Positions 13,308 to 26,600 of a DNA stretch of 64,000 nucleotides are shown piece after piece. The first letter of the stretch is position 1. Every line of letters starts with the position of its first letter. The position numbers and the translations under genes are program-made. The notes under the pieces are model-generated. The model was not told the DNA's origin and did no database searches. It saw only the letters and a program-made list of their open reading frames with translations. Source of the stretch: the human T2T-CHM13v2.0 reference genome, Homo sapiens; the NCBI RefSeq assembly GCF_009914755.1, contig NC_060926.1; one strand, written 5' to 3'.

Positions 13308-15084
13308 GTGCCGATTGTATTCCGACAGTGGTGGCGACAGTGGAAGGACTTGAACCATGTCACTTGAGAAACAAAAAAGGGGGGGGCATTTGGGGATATT
13401 TGGGGGGATAGTTAGCTCAGAGAAGAGGAGGGAAACAAATGACTCCTTTAAAATAGATGGGAAGTAGATGTTATAAGGCAGAAAGAAATCTTGTTCTGAA
13501 CATTCATAAATGTCTCGGGACTCCCTCTCGGGAGGAGCCTCTAACCATGGTTGACGGAGGAAAGAACGGCTGCCTTGGGTGGTGGAGCTCACCCTCAGGA
13601 GAGGAGCTCAAGGACCGCTGGGGTCTGCTGAGAAGTGCAGGAGCATCACAAGGTGGCTGGATGGGCGCCTGCCACTGGCCTTCATGCCCCCCAGGGCTGC
13701 GGCTGCAGGTTTTCTTCACAGCCTGACATGGCCCAGGTGGATGGTGACAGGCCGGGCTGTGCCTTCCCTCTGGGAAACAAAGATGCCTCTTCAGGGAATT
13801 CCAGGAGGCTTCCACGGCTCTTAGGGGACAGGATGCTCAGGGGAGGGCAACTCTAGTGTGAGGGCCATGTGGTTTGAGGTCCTCCCCAACACGCAGAAAG
13901 AAAGCCCCCAGCAGACCTGGCAGGTCCGGGGCCTTCTGGAAACCCCTGCCTAGGGGCTGCACCCTCCACGGAGTCTCCACAGCCCTCCCTGCCATGGGTG
14001 CATCCAGTCTCCAGCAGGCCCTCCACAGTCTTGCCGCTCCCTCCCTGCCAGCTCCGGCCTTCCCAGCTTCAGCTAGGCATGTGCCGACTTCGTGTCTGCA
14101 GCCCTGTCTGTCCTATTGGCTCCCGTTCAACATGGGGCCCCACAGAAAGTTTGCTGGACACTCCCCAGGGGAGAGCTGGCCCTGTCCCCCAGTCGCCGTC
14201 CCCAGGCTGAGCTCCCGCTTTGCCTCCTGCGCAGAGCTGTCTCTGTGTTCAGGCATCTCGTTTATTCAGGGTCTGGGAGGGCAGGGCTGAGCCCGGATGG
14301 GAGGCACGGGTGCCCCTCCACACATGAAGCTCCCCTCCACAACATCTCTGCCCTCAATGTCTCCCAGAACAGAAGGAGGTGTGGGAGGTTCTTGGCCCCT
14401 GCTTGAAGCCTCCTCAGCAGCCACTTCGGGGCAGCCTTCATGCTCTACAGGTTCTGAGGAGCCAGCCACATGCCAGGCTCGCAGAGCTGGTGAAGGATGG
14501 TGGCTGCTGCCAGAGGGGTTGGCCTGTTCCAAGTGTCTTTCCTGGCTCTCAGCTGGGAGCTGGGGCTCAGCCTGGCTTAGTTGTGCCCGATTGCTGAGCT
14601 TCCACTCTATTTAGGCTCTGGCTTTTCCTGTCATCAGGCTTCTGCCAGAGGATGCTGCTCTATGGGCCCCAGGGTGCTGTCCCCACCAGGTGCTCTTGTG
14701 GGGAGGCGGGGGAAGGGCGCCCGTGTGGGTGTCAGCGTGCTAACCCTCCAGGCTACCGCATCTGCCCCGGGTACTGAGTCCCTGGGCGTCTGTGTGGAGA
14801 GCTGGGCTGGGGGCTGGTGGACTCAGCGCCTGCTTTGGGGAAGGTGCAGACAAAGGTGGGACCTGCACTGGATGTGAGAGGGGGCTGACGGGGCTGAGGG
14901 ACACCCCCTCCAGCCCAGCTGCTTGCACACCTGGCCAGCAGCCCTGCTCCTGCGGCCGTGCGGGGTTCCTGTGGGCTTTGAGGCTGAGGCACTCAGGGGT
15001 GTGGCCAAAGAGCCCCGGAGTCAGAGAGCCAGACCGGGTTTGGCCTGAGGCTCTGCCATTCCCTTGGTGTGGCGTGTGTTCAGA

Positions 15085-15195
15085 ACAAGTCCCTGAACCT
15101 TTCTGAGCCTTAGTTTCTGCATCTGTAAAATAGGAAAAATAATGCCCATCCGCATCGTTAGGATCCTTGTGAGGACTAAAGAACTAAATAAAGTG
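15085..15195 (+). mobile_element. MIR fragment
   Basis: MIR core ctgagccttagtttctgcatctgtaaaatagg..aataat. Confidence 0.75.
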
Positions 15196-16012
15196 CAGAG
15201 AATTTTAGCTCCCCCTCCTTGTTTTTTTTCTTTTTTTTTTAAGCAGCTAGGCCAGGTTACAGAGGTCCCGGATCTCCTGGAGGCTGGCAGCCTTCTTTTG
15301 CGTGGTGGTGCAGGTGATCACATAGGGACTAGTGCACTTTCACAGGTTAGCAAGAAGGCCTGTGAGCTCTGCAGGGGTAAGAAGAGCCAGCACTTAGTAC
15401 ATGCTCAGTACACAAGGCGCGTGGTGGGTTAGACGACCCCATGAGAAGAGCCAGCAGCACTGTGTTTACAACATCTTCCTCCACACGCTGCCTGCTCACT
15501 TGCTGTTCCCATCAGTCCCCTGAGCAAGAGGCTACTGCTGCCAACCCTGTTTCAGATGAAATAGGCACAGGCATTCAGGAATTTGCCCATGGCAAGGAGT
15601 GGGCTTTGAACCCAAGCTGTCCCACCTCAGAGGCACTGGGTTTAGCCTCCGAGCTACAGTGTCCAAGGGCTGTCTGTGACAGTGCTGCAGCAGGGGCGGA
15701 CTGAAAGGTGCGAAAGGAAGTTGCCTGCGATGGAGCAGCTCGAAGCATCCAGGAGGCGGCCTGGAGATGCCTTGTGGGAAGAAGTACAGGCCAGATGGAA
15801 GCAGGTAGGTCAAGCCGAGGTGGAGACCATGGCCAAGGGGATCTTTTTTATAAAAAAGGAAGATCACTTAAAACAGAGGTCAGAGCTAGGCAGAGTCAGG
15901 ACCATGGGGTGTTGTGAGTGGACAAAGGATCAAGGCTCCACAGACACCTCTGGCCCCGTCGCCTGCTGCCCACAGCTTCCATAGGTGTGGATCATGATGG
16001 CCTTACGAAGAT

Positions 16013-16757
16013 GAGAGAGAGAGAGGCAGTCAGAGAGGTGGGGGAGGAGAGAGAAGGAGGCAGGCAGAGAGAGAGAGTGGGAGAGAGAGAGAGAGGCAGA
16101 GAGAGAGAGGGAGGAGAGGTGGGAGGAGAGAGGCAGGCAGAGAGAGAAGGGGAGAGAGAGAGTTGGGAGGAGAGAGAGAGGCAAGGAGAGAGGGAGAGGG
16201 AAGGGGAGAGAGAGAGAGGCAGGCAGAGACAGAGGGAGAGGGAGGGGGAGAGAGAGAGGCAGAGGGAGAGGGAGGGAGAGAGAGAGACAGAGAGAGAGGG
16301 AGAGGGAGGGAGAGAGAGAGGCAGAGAGAGAGGGAGAGGGAGGGAGAGAGAGAGGCAGAGAGGGAGGGAGAGAGAGAGGCAGAGAGAGAGGGAGGGGGAG
16401 AGAGGCAGAGAGAGAGAGGGAGGGGGAGAGAGAGAGGCAGAGAAGGGGGGAGAGAGAGAGGGAGGGGGAGAGAGAGAGGCCGTCAGAGAGGGAGGGCAGA
16501 GAGAGATGGGCAGAGAAAGAGAGAGGGAAAGGGTGAGAGACAGAGGCAGGCAGAGAGTGAGAGGGTGGGGAAAGGCAGGGAGAGAGAAACAGAAAGAGAG
16601 AGAGAGGGAGGAGAGAGAGAGAGAGAGAGAGTAAAGCAGGCAGCTAGAGAGGGATGGGGGAGAGAGGGAGAGGGGCAGCCAGGGAGAGAGGGTTGGGGGA
16701 GAGAGGGAGGGAGGAAGGGAGAGAGAGAGAAAGAGAGACGGAGGGAGAGAGACAGAG
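16013..16757. repeat. GA-rich low-complexity polypurine tract
   Basis: Almost exclusively G/A (GAGAGAGG, GAGGGA, GGCAGA units). Confidence 0.95.
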
Positions 16758-17550
16758 TCTTGCTCACAGCAAGCACAGAGTGCAGCAGTGCCAGGGAAGC
16801 AGCTTCAGCCCCAGGAAGTCACTGAGTGGAGAAAAGGGTGTGGGGTGAGGGCGCCTGTCAGGGAGACCTTGGGCGAAGGTGTGGATGAAGGGGGGCCTTG
16901 CTGGAAATGAACCGAGGGTCACCCTTGCTGGGAAGTAAACCGAGGGTCGCACACAGGACTCAGGCTATGAGCATCTTTCAGAGGCCCCATTGTCTTGGCT
17001 CTCACCCCGGTGCCCCACAGCGCCCTTGCCTCCTGCCTATCCCATGTCTCGTCCCTGGAGGTTGGGTTCAGACGTCTGGCAGGTTTTCCTGCACTACTAA
17101 TCACCAACTTGAATCCAAAGTCCTCAACTTCAGTCTCAAGGGTGTTCCTTGCCTCTGGCTGGGGAGAGGAAGCTCATCTGTCAGAGGAGGATTAGGAGAA
17201 AGTCAAGTCAGTGAATGGCAGATGCCAAGAGTGGTCCTGGCAGCCACGTCCACAGGTTTCTGGGGGTGGGGGACCTCGGGGCGCTCTCTGGCTCTCCTCC
17301 AGAGAGGATGGAGGCTGCATATGCCTCTGTCTGCAATTCCCCCTCATGGCAGTCTGGATGCAATGAAAGTTTGCCGATTAGATATAGATATGCTCATTAA
17401 TGTGAATATGTAGATGAAGGTCATTGTTCACACATTACCTTCATTACATTAGCTATTCTCCATTAATTTGTTTCCCCAAAACTGTTCCAAATAAAAGAAC
17501 ATCTTATGGCGGGAGGGTGGGGCTGCTGACTGTGGCAAATTTCATGTTAG

Positions 17551-17899
<349 letters not shown>

Positions 17900-18787
17900 T
17901 TGGCTCTGATGTTTAAGAAAATCATTTAAAAATGTGTCTGTCTCAGAGTGTATTTTCATAGAACCTGCACTTGCATAATATCAAAAATGTGCTTCTTAGG
18001 CAAAGAATCTCCTTTTAAAAATGATCTGTTGTTATGTAAGCTATAAAGAAAGAATAGGAATGATTTTCTAGAAGAGGAAGGAAGGAAGGAAGGAAGAAAC
18101 CCTTGATAATTGGGAAGGATCTTAGAGGATGAGAGGCTTGCAGTGGTTTTTAATTTTCCTGTCTTATCAGCACTGGCAAGGAGCAGGTCTCCAGAGCCCC
18201 CTCTCCCCGGCCCCGAAGGCAGGGCAGGCGTCCCCAGCCAGGGAGGAAGGCTCTTTGAAGGCTTAGGAAGGGAAGGGGGTCCATTCCTCAGGCTGCCTTC
18301 TCTGTGCCCCCCTTCTCTGGCACTCGTGGGCCTGCCCTGGGGCTGAGAGGCAGGGGGGATGCAGACGAGCGTTGCTATGGAGACACGGTTGCTAGGCTCC
18401 CTCCTCCCCCCTCCTCCCTGCGGTGCAGGCTGGTTCTACCGTGTGCAGGAAACCTGAGAGCCTGGATCAGCTCCTTGACTGCAGCGCTGCCAGGCACCGA
18501 GGAGGGAGGGGAGATGCCCTCAGGTGTGGTGGCCATGGGAGTGGGCTCCCGGGAGAGGGGAAGGCCTCTCAGTGACACCAGGTTCAGCTTAACCAGCCCT
18601 CAGCAGAGATAAGGATATACAGCCCAGGAACCTTTGGAACACACACCAGCTGTCACTGAGCTTCCGCAGGCCATGGGTGCTAGAGCTTCAGCCAGGACTG
18701 CCTCCTGGCATGGCCACCAGGGCATGGTCTGTGCCTCACCGGTCCATGCACAGTCAAAATAGAAACCAGAATCACGTGTTAGCTGCA

Positions 18788-18905
18788 ATCCTCTTTTCCA
18801 CGTGCCACTGTACCTCCACCAGAGACAAAGCACACAGTCCCGGACTTATCCTCTTTTCCACGTGCCACTGTACCTCCACCAGAGACAAAGCACACAGTCC
18901 TGGAC
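18788..18905. repeat. 60-bp near-perfect tandem duplication
   Basis: atcctcttttccacgtgccactgtacctccaccagagacaaagcacacagtcc x2. Confidence 0.93.
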
Positions 18906-19299
18906 CTGGGTTGTGTTGTCCAACTGCCCTGGACATTTCATCTAAGAAAGTGGTTCAGGGACGATGGCGCAGCCGGTTGGGAAGGGCACTGAGTTGGGGG
19001 TCTCATGAGACCTGGCACTCCAAGTCCTCCCCAGTAGCCAGCTGCATTCCCTGGAGGCTCCTTGTCCTGTGCACGGTGCCGGTGCACGCATGTGCGTGAG
19101 CCTGTGTGTGTGCCTGCATGTGGTCGGTGTAACAGAGATGGGACTCCGTGCCCTACACACTTCACAGGCTCCAAGATGATGAGAACGCCCTGGTTTCGGG
19201 GAGAAGCATTTAGTTCTAAGGTGGAAGGAATGGTGATGAGGCAGGCAGGACTTCATGCTGCCGTTTCTCTCTGTTCTGGTCTGTGGTATCTAGTGATTA

Positions 19300-19520
19300 C
19301 CTACGGTTTGCCAGACACAGTATCAGGCACTTACAGGCTAACTCATCTAAGTTAGTCCTCATCTTAGACTTGGAAGATGATTATTATCATTATCCCAGTT
19401 TCAGAAAGAAGTTGAGGTTTGAAGAAAACCAAGTACTAAGTTCAGGTTTCCCAGCAAGTGGCAAGCCAGGAGCTCCCAAGGCTGTTTGAATCTGGGGCCA
19501 GTGTCTGCTCACTATACCAC
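19300..19520 (-). mobile_element. MIR fragment
   Basis: acctacggtttgccagacac...cattatcccagtttcagaaagaagttgagg...agcaagtggcaagccagga. Confidence 0.6.
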
Positions 19521-22454
19521 ACAGATCTCCAATTTCCATACCAGGAAACAAGCTAGTCACCTAATAAGTGCTTTAAATTCAAACGACATTAAAAATAAAC
19601 AGCCTTCATCCATTGCATTGAAAAATTGACCATTTGTAAGGTTGATGAGCCATCAGGGTTGTCAGACGATTTTTCAGAGCCGAGAAGTCGAACTCAGAGG
19701 GCATTCTTCTCCTCTACCTGTTGCATGATGTCAGTTCTGATGGTGACTCATGAAGATGCTGACTCTAGTAATGAGAATTTCTGCATTGAAACTATTCATT
19801 GAAATCATTTCACGGTGCAGAGAAAGCTTGTTGCTTTGGCAGAAATCCAAAGTGCACCCAAGCTGCATGGATTTGGGGAGGAGTCCTCAAGCTCTCTGTC
19901 CCATTACGCTGATCTGAAGGCTCAGTCCAGGACTTCTAGCCTGCTTGGTGCTGGGGGATAGGTCTTTCCCTGGCATTCTCCTTCCTCAGCTCCCTCCCTG
20001 TTCTGTGTGGCTATGGAAAGGTCATGAATGACTCTGCCCCAGAGAGCAGCAGCCTGGAAACTTCTCAAACACACAGCAGGACAGGATAGGGTTGAGGTGG
20101 CCATAGAGGGTCGGTCTGCTGGCACTAGGAGCTTGTGGAAATGGCCCAGTCTTGCCTCAGTGACCAGGGGTCTCTTTTCAGTTGGTGATTTTGGGCCAAA
20201 GACCTCATTTGGAAAGAATTTTCCTCTTCTCCTGTAGACAAGACCTGGCCAGGCAAGTCCATCGTGAACTCTGAATCATGCTGTTGTAGGCAGAACTCCA
20301 AAAGGGACATTTTACACGATCTGTGTTTTCTCTTTATGTGATTTGTCAGAGCCTATGGCACACTGAAAAATGTTAATCAACATTGTTTGCTACTCCAGTT
20401 ACGGAAGATTGGGTTGAAATCTTGTCTCTGTGAAAAGCAGCATTACAATTTTAATGGAAGTACAATATTCATTTCTGAAAGTTACTGCTAAAGTGTCCTA
20501 CGTGTGGAAGCAGGTTGCAGTGTGTGGAGACCCAGCTCTGCGAGCTGCCCACTGGGCATCTGGACCATCCGTTTCTCACTGGTCTTCTGCTTTACCCGCC
20601 CTGCCCTAGGCTGGGGCTGTGTGCTGGTGCACGGGATCCACGAACAATTTTAAATGGATCACAAATTCCCCGCAGAGGGAGAGGAAAGGGACAGGAAATG
20701 CAGGTGAGACAGAAGAAGCTGAGGAGGGGCAGCTGGGTCTGAGAGTCGGTCTAATCCGTGGCCCTTCCTGGTTTCCAGAGTCTGCTAACACAGAAAGTCA
20801 TGATTCTGATGGATTGAAAATCAAGTGACTTTACATGTCTAAAGTAAAACCTCTACTCTTAGGCAACTAATTTAACCCTTGAAGTGCTACGGAAATCTCT
20901 GTGTGCCAAGATCACGTGTCTCCGTGCGCTGATGGAGGGGACTCTGTGGGAAGATTTGCCTCCAGACCTGGCTGGAAGCCGCCGCTGCTGGAGAATTCCG
21001 GGAGGGCCCCTCCTATCTCTGCTCCTCAGTTCCCTGGCCTGGAGAACCGGGATACCAATTCATGCCCTGCAGCCGCAGTCCTCTGCAGAGAGCTGGACAC
21101 AGCGTGCCCCTGTGGGACCCCACATGAGTCCAGTGAAGCCGGAGGGCAGAGGGTATTGTTGCTTTTTCTAGATAAGAAAACTGAAGCTCAGAAAGTTGAA
21201 TTGACTTGCAGAAGCCCAGGTGGCTAGAGGGGTGAAGGGTCTGGATCGAGGGTCCCTGTGCCCCTCCCCTCATCTCACAGGGCAGATGCCCGGCCCAGCT
21301 GCTCCCCAGGCTCTCAGGCCACCTCAGTCCTCAGCCTCTTCAGGGCCTGGCACAATAAGAATGGCTTAAACAAGTATGTGTTGAAAAAATTCTTGTGTGG
21401 GTCAAATGATAACACAACATTCTGAAAGAAGTGAAGAGTTTGCAAGTATAAGATGCCACTAGCATGGATAAGAGAGCTCAGGATTCAAACCAAAATTGTT
21501 ATCACTGATAGTAAGAGGTGACCATCCAAGCTGAAGCTGCAACAGAGGTCATCGCTGAGACATGAAACTCGGAAGCGCCACATGGATTCTGGAGGAGGCG
21601 CATTGTATGAGCTGCATTATTCGTAGAGACAATGGAGCACCTCGCATTGTACTTGATGGGTAACTGATCAAGGTGATGCTGGTGCAGCCGCATGAAGGTG
21701 GAGCTAGTGTGTACCTGGGGAAGTGGAAGTCTAATCTTCTGTAAAAGAGGCTGCCCCAAGAAGCCTGGGGACTGGTCTGGCTTGGAATCTACATGAACGG
21801 GAAACAGAAGGGAGGAGATTTCTGGATGTCTCCATCATTGTCTCGGAGAGCTATGTTCCGACCCCCAGTCATCCACCAGGGCATGAAAAGTGCCTCCGTT
21901 TCCATCACGTTCTCACCCTCACACACATGTCATCCAACGAAAGGTAGAACTGAAGCCAGAATTAAGGCAGTTTGAAAAATAAAGAAATGACAGAGAATAA
22001 GACGACCAAAATATGCCAGCTAGGAAAATGGTTTAGAATTTGGAAAGTGGTGAGGACAGGGAGAAGGCAGCGGTGTGGACTAGATCAGCCATGGGCTTGT
22101 GGGCTGGTCAACATTTTTATTTGATGATTTTCAGCCTGATCTACAAGTCTGAATATTTTTAAATTGTACCATATTAGAATAAGGCAAAGATATATTCGAA
22201 AAATGGAATTCTTTTATCTTTGAAATATTTTGATCTTGGTTGTTGGAATTTCAAGTATAAGAAGTTTTATTTCATTCCTTGCTGGAAGTGGGATAAATTT
22301 TAGTTTGTTAATTATCTTTGTCCTCTTTTTTCTGACATGCCCTCCCTCCTCCACAGAGTCTCAAAACTCCAGGCCATTCATGGGCTGGTTCTTACCTGTC
22401 TTTTCTGGGATTTAATTCTTTTCTGTAATAAATGCTTATACAGCTTATTTTGGG

Positions 22455-22645
22455 CACCACCAGGTGCTATTCTAAGCACGTTACAAACATGAGCCCATTT
22501 AATTTTATAATCATGACCTCTCAGGTAGGGGCCAGCATGATCCTCACTGTGTAGATGGGGAAAACAGAGGTTAAGCAACTTGCTGAGGATCACACAGCCT
22601 GTGGGTGGCCAAGCCAGGGAGTGAAGCCAGCAGTCTGGCTTTGAA
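22455..22645 (-). mobile_element. MIR fragment
   Basis: ccaggtgctattctaagcac...gtagatggggaaaacagaggttaagcaacttgc..gatcacacagc. Confidence 0.75.
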
Positions 22646-23574
22646 GGCTGTGCTCATAATCACTGCCCCAGCTCCTGCCTCCTGCCTTGGCCTTTGCAGA
22701 GGGGCCATAGAAATCACAGGTGCTGCTGACGGGTGGAGAGAGGGTCCGCTCTCCAGGGTCATGGCCTCACAGCATGTTTTGAGACCCTCCCAGGTTTTCA
22801 AATGTTTCCAGGCCTTTAAGGAAACTTTATCAATGCAATTTAAATATTCAGACTATATTTTAAAATATATACATTTTTACAGAAAATAGTGGATCTCAAA
22901 TATAATAAAATTAAAAACAAATGTTAAACTATTTTTATTTTACCTAAAATCTTACTCCATTTGATATCCCTGGGAATTAAAAGCTAAAGGCAGACATTTT
23001 TCAATGACAAAAACTCTTGTCATGATATGAGAAAAAAATGAGAAATACTTAGAGAGATGCCAGCGCCTCCGAGGCTGTACATGGAGAGGCCACAAGTCAC
23101 TGCCATGTTATTTGATAGTAAGAGCTGATTGAACCCAAACTCAGTCAGGCACATGGCATTGTAATTGCTACAGATGCCCTCCTGAAATGCCAGCATTAAT
23201 AAGAATGACTGAGATTTTTGCTTCAATTAAATTCACTGATGATTTGTTCAGCATCTGGCAGGCATCAGGCACCATTCTGGGTGCACAGAAAGCCCCAATC
23301 CCAGACTCAGGGTGCTGGCCTGCTGGGGAGCGCTCAGAGAGCTCTGACCCTCACCTGTGAGCTTCAGCTGAAAACATGACAGATTTAACATAAAACAAAC
23401 AAAGGAATAAGAATAGAAAAACTCGACAAATAGATCTTGACTTCCTGAGAGTAGACAAGTTCTAAAGAGTAGAATACACTCAAAGCTATTTGGCCTGAAA
23501 ATTCAGCACCTGATGAGTTCTGATGGCTCAGTGTCTTCCATCTAATGACCACCACCCAGATGGAGAGGGGTGGA

Positions 23575-23632
23575 GAGGGATGGTCAAAGATACCGGACTC
23601 TATGAGGGATGGTCAAAGATACTGGATTCTAT
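23575..23632. repeat. 29-bp tandem duplication
   Basis: gagggatggtcaaagatac(c/t)gga(c/t)tctat x2. Confidence 0.85.
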
Positions 23633-26600
23633 GGGACAGGGCACGAAGAAAGTGACAGGAAATCTACAGTCGGGGGAAGGACAGGGAGAGGGCAAGGAGA
23701 GGGCAGCCAGGACACAGATCCAGGGGTTTGCGTGCCGGCCTGAGATGAATGCCCATGTTCTCAGCAACCCAATATTCTTCTCCTTTCCCTCCACAAACAA
23801 CCCAGGTGTGGAAAACAGGAAACGCTCTTTTTTTTTTTTCCCCCAAGATGAATTTTAAATGTAGGAGGTGAATATGAGTTTCAAAGGAAAGATACAAGTC
23901 ATTTCTCCACAAGAAGCCTCAGGTTCCCCATCTGTGAAATGGGCACGGAAGGTCACCTGCTTTGTGAAGACAAGCTAATGTAACAGGGGGAAAAGTGCTG
24001 TGTTTTCCTTATTTTATTAAGTGTTTTCACGTTGGTTAAGATTGTCAAACTCTGCTGACTTTCTTTAGCACTGGCCAGACTTATCTCTCAGCTGCACCCT
24101 GGGATCCTCTCCCCTGCTGTGGGGAGGGCCGTGGACGGGCCATGTGGGCTCAGGGCATGATGGGGGGCAGCCAGGCGTACCTAATGGGCAATGATGTGGC
24201 TTCCACCAACCTGTGGTCCAGCGGCTGGGCCGGATGTCCTTCCTCCATCACCTGCTCCCCCGTCTGAGGCCCTGCTGCAGGTGATGATGTCGGACACAGG
24301 GTGGCAGAGCCAGAGGGAGCCACGTCCCTCTGCCCGTGCCGTTTGCCACCTCCATGTGATGCTGCAACCTGATCCCACTTGCAGGCAACTCCAGCAGCCA
24401 GTCTTACAGCTGTCCTCATGGAAAGGTGACATGCTGGCCTCAGCCATCCTCCTGCCCCATTTCCACCTAGGGCAACGGGATTTTCAGGCTCGCGTGAACT
24501 TCTGACAATCTTGCCAGCCCCTCCCCTCACTAAGGAAGAGCCCGGAGCTTGGACAGGCAGCCTCCTTTCTGAGGTCACCTGGCGGCCCGTCTGCTGGCCC
24601 ATCCGTGGTCCTCCCTCCAGAGTCCTTGCGTTCCTCACAGAGCTGTTTGGTGCAGATAAGTATATTCTCATTTATTCATTAGCTTTTTTACTTAAAGGCC
24701 TGGATTTTAAACAATGGGCAACATGTGCTGAGGGGCGCCATCAGGGAGAGGCTCAAATCTGGAAGCCTGGCGTCCTACCCCAAGGCTTCTATGTTCCGGC
24801 GCAGGCGGAAGATACTGACTGAGCATAGAGCTGCCGGGGTGAGTGCGATCGCTGCGGGGAAAGGTCACAGTGACATCCTGAGGCGGGAAACTGGACCTTT
24901 AGAGAGTCGCACATTGTGCTGGTGTTGGGCCTGGGTGAACAGCCTGGATTTCAGAAAACAGGGAGGCCAAGGAAGTCCATTTCAAGAGAGTGTGCCTGCC
25001 TTGCCAAGGGCCAAGAGGGAAGGGCGTGACGTGGTCCTTGCACCAAGAGACATGCATACATTTTAAATGGTTGCTTTAAGAATACAGAAATATACATTTT
25101 CAGATTCCTTACGCTCTCTTCAAGCCTTGTGGTGAAATACTTCGCACATCTCTGAATGTGTCCCATCCTTCCTGTTCAAGGCAAAATCAAAGCAGTTCTC
25201 TGAGGAGAAGGCGAGTGCCTCAGTTTCCCTCCCGGCCTCACTGCCGTTCTGTCTCTGTCCCCAAGCACTGGGCCAGGAGGCAACCAGACTTTACTAAGGG
25301 TGGATGTCCGGGGATCGATGAGCGGAAGCAGATCGTGTTTGATAATCAGATTATTGCCAGGAAAGAAATCTCCTCTAGAAGACCTTCATTCCGATTCTTT
25401 CTTGACCTAGTGATGCCACACCTAAGCCTCGGCCTGCTTTGTTCAAGGGTCCAGTGAGGAAGAATTAACTCGCTGCTCCCTCTCCCACCCCAGGGCTCTG
25501 CACTCTTAGTGCAGCTGTGCTGGTGAACTTCTCTACCCTTGAAAGTGGGCCCCTATCTCTCTGTTCATGTGTTACAGGAAAAACGCATTATTTAATCTTA
25601 TTTAAATAATCCCCAGTAGTTATATCTTAACAAAGATGTACACTTCGGGTTTCTGGAGTACAGTTCTGTCCACGTGCACATCTGCGGTGAGGTTGAGGGC
25701 TGCAGTGATATTGAAAGTCTCTTTGGCCGCCTGATTCCCGGGTATTTTCAGTGATGTGCAGGGGAATGCTGTACTCTCAGGTGAGTAGCACATTTGGAGA
25801 AGAAATCTTTGTGATGGAATTTCCAAATTTTGTAGTTATTTTAATTCCCAGAAAATCGGATTCTGTGGGCCCCTCTCGCTGGGGGTGGCAACAGACTCAG
25901 GGCGTGGGCCTGAGCCCCAGAGTCTGGGAGAGTGAGAAGGGGTGGGTCTTGGCATCCTCGTCTGTCAACACCTACTGCCTGGTGATGCGTCCACGCGTGG
26001 CCTTCGTGCCATCCGTGCCCAGGACTCCGAGTCCAGCCTGAGAACAGGCCCCCAGAGCACCCCCACACATGCACGACATCCCTCTCCTCCACTCTCCACA
26101 CAGCTCCTGCAGGGACCCTGACCCCCCCGTCCATCTGGGGCTCCTGAGCCCGCGCCTACCCCTCACCCCGGCAACCTTTCCCCATGGCCCGTGGCCAGAG
26201 TGGACCTCTGGGTGACTCTCCTGGATGCTGTTCGCCCACACTGAGTCCCCGCAGCTGACCCTATGCGTGCCGCCATTGAAACCTCAGCACCTGCTGCCTC
26301 CCATCCCAGCCCTGCACCCCACTGCCAGGGCTCCGGACTGGCCTCTAACTGCAAGACATCGGGGAGATTTGAGAAGCAACGTCTCACTCAGGACAGAACT
26401 AAAGTCCTGCCAAGACCAGTGACCTCAGGTGATCTGATGCCTATGCAGCTCTGCTGCTCTAGAACTTTCTCCCTGCCCCTCCTCTGCTGGCATCCCGATG
26501 TCTTCTAAGCATGCTGGGACTATGTGTCCGCCGTCTCCCCAAATGTCAGACCAGGGGAGGACGCAGACATGGCTTGCTCACCCTGCTGGAGACTCAAGCT

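Noticed and set aside
15918-16825. Arg/Glu/Gly-rich ORFs of 220-238 aa
   Set aside because: Translation of a GA low-complexity tract that lacks T and therefore stop codons
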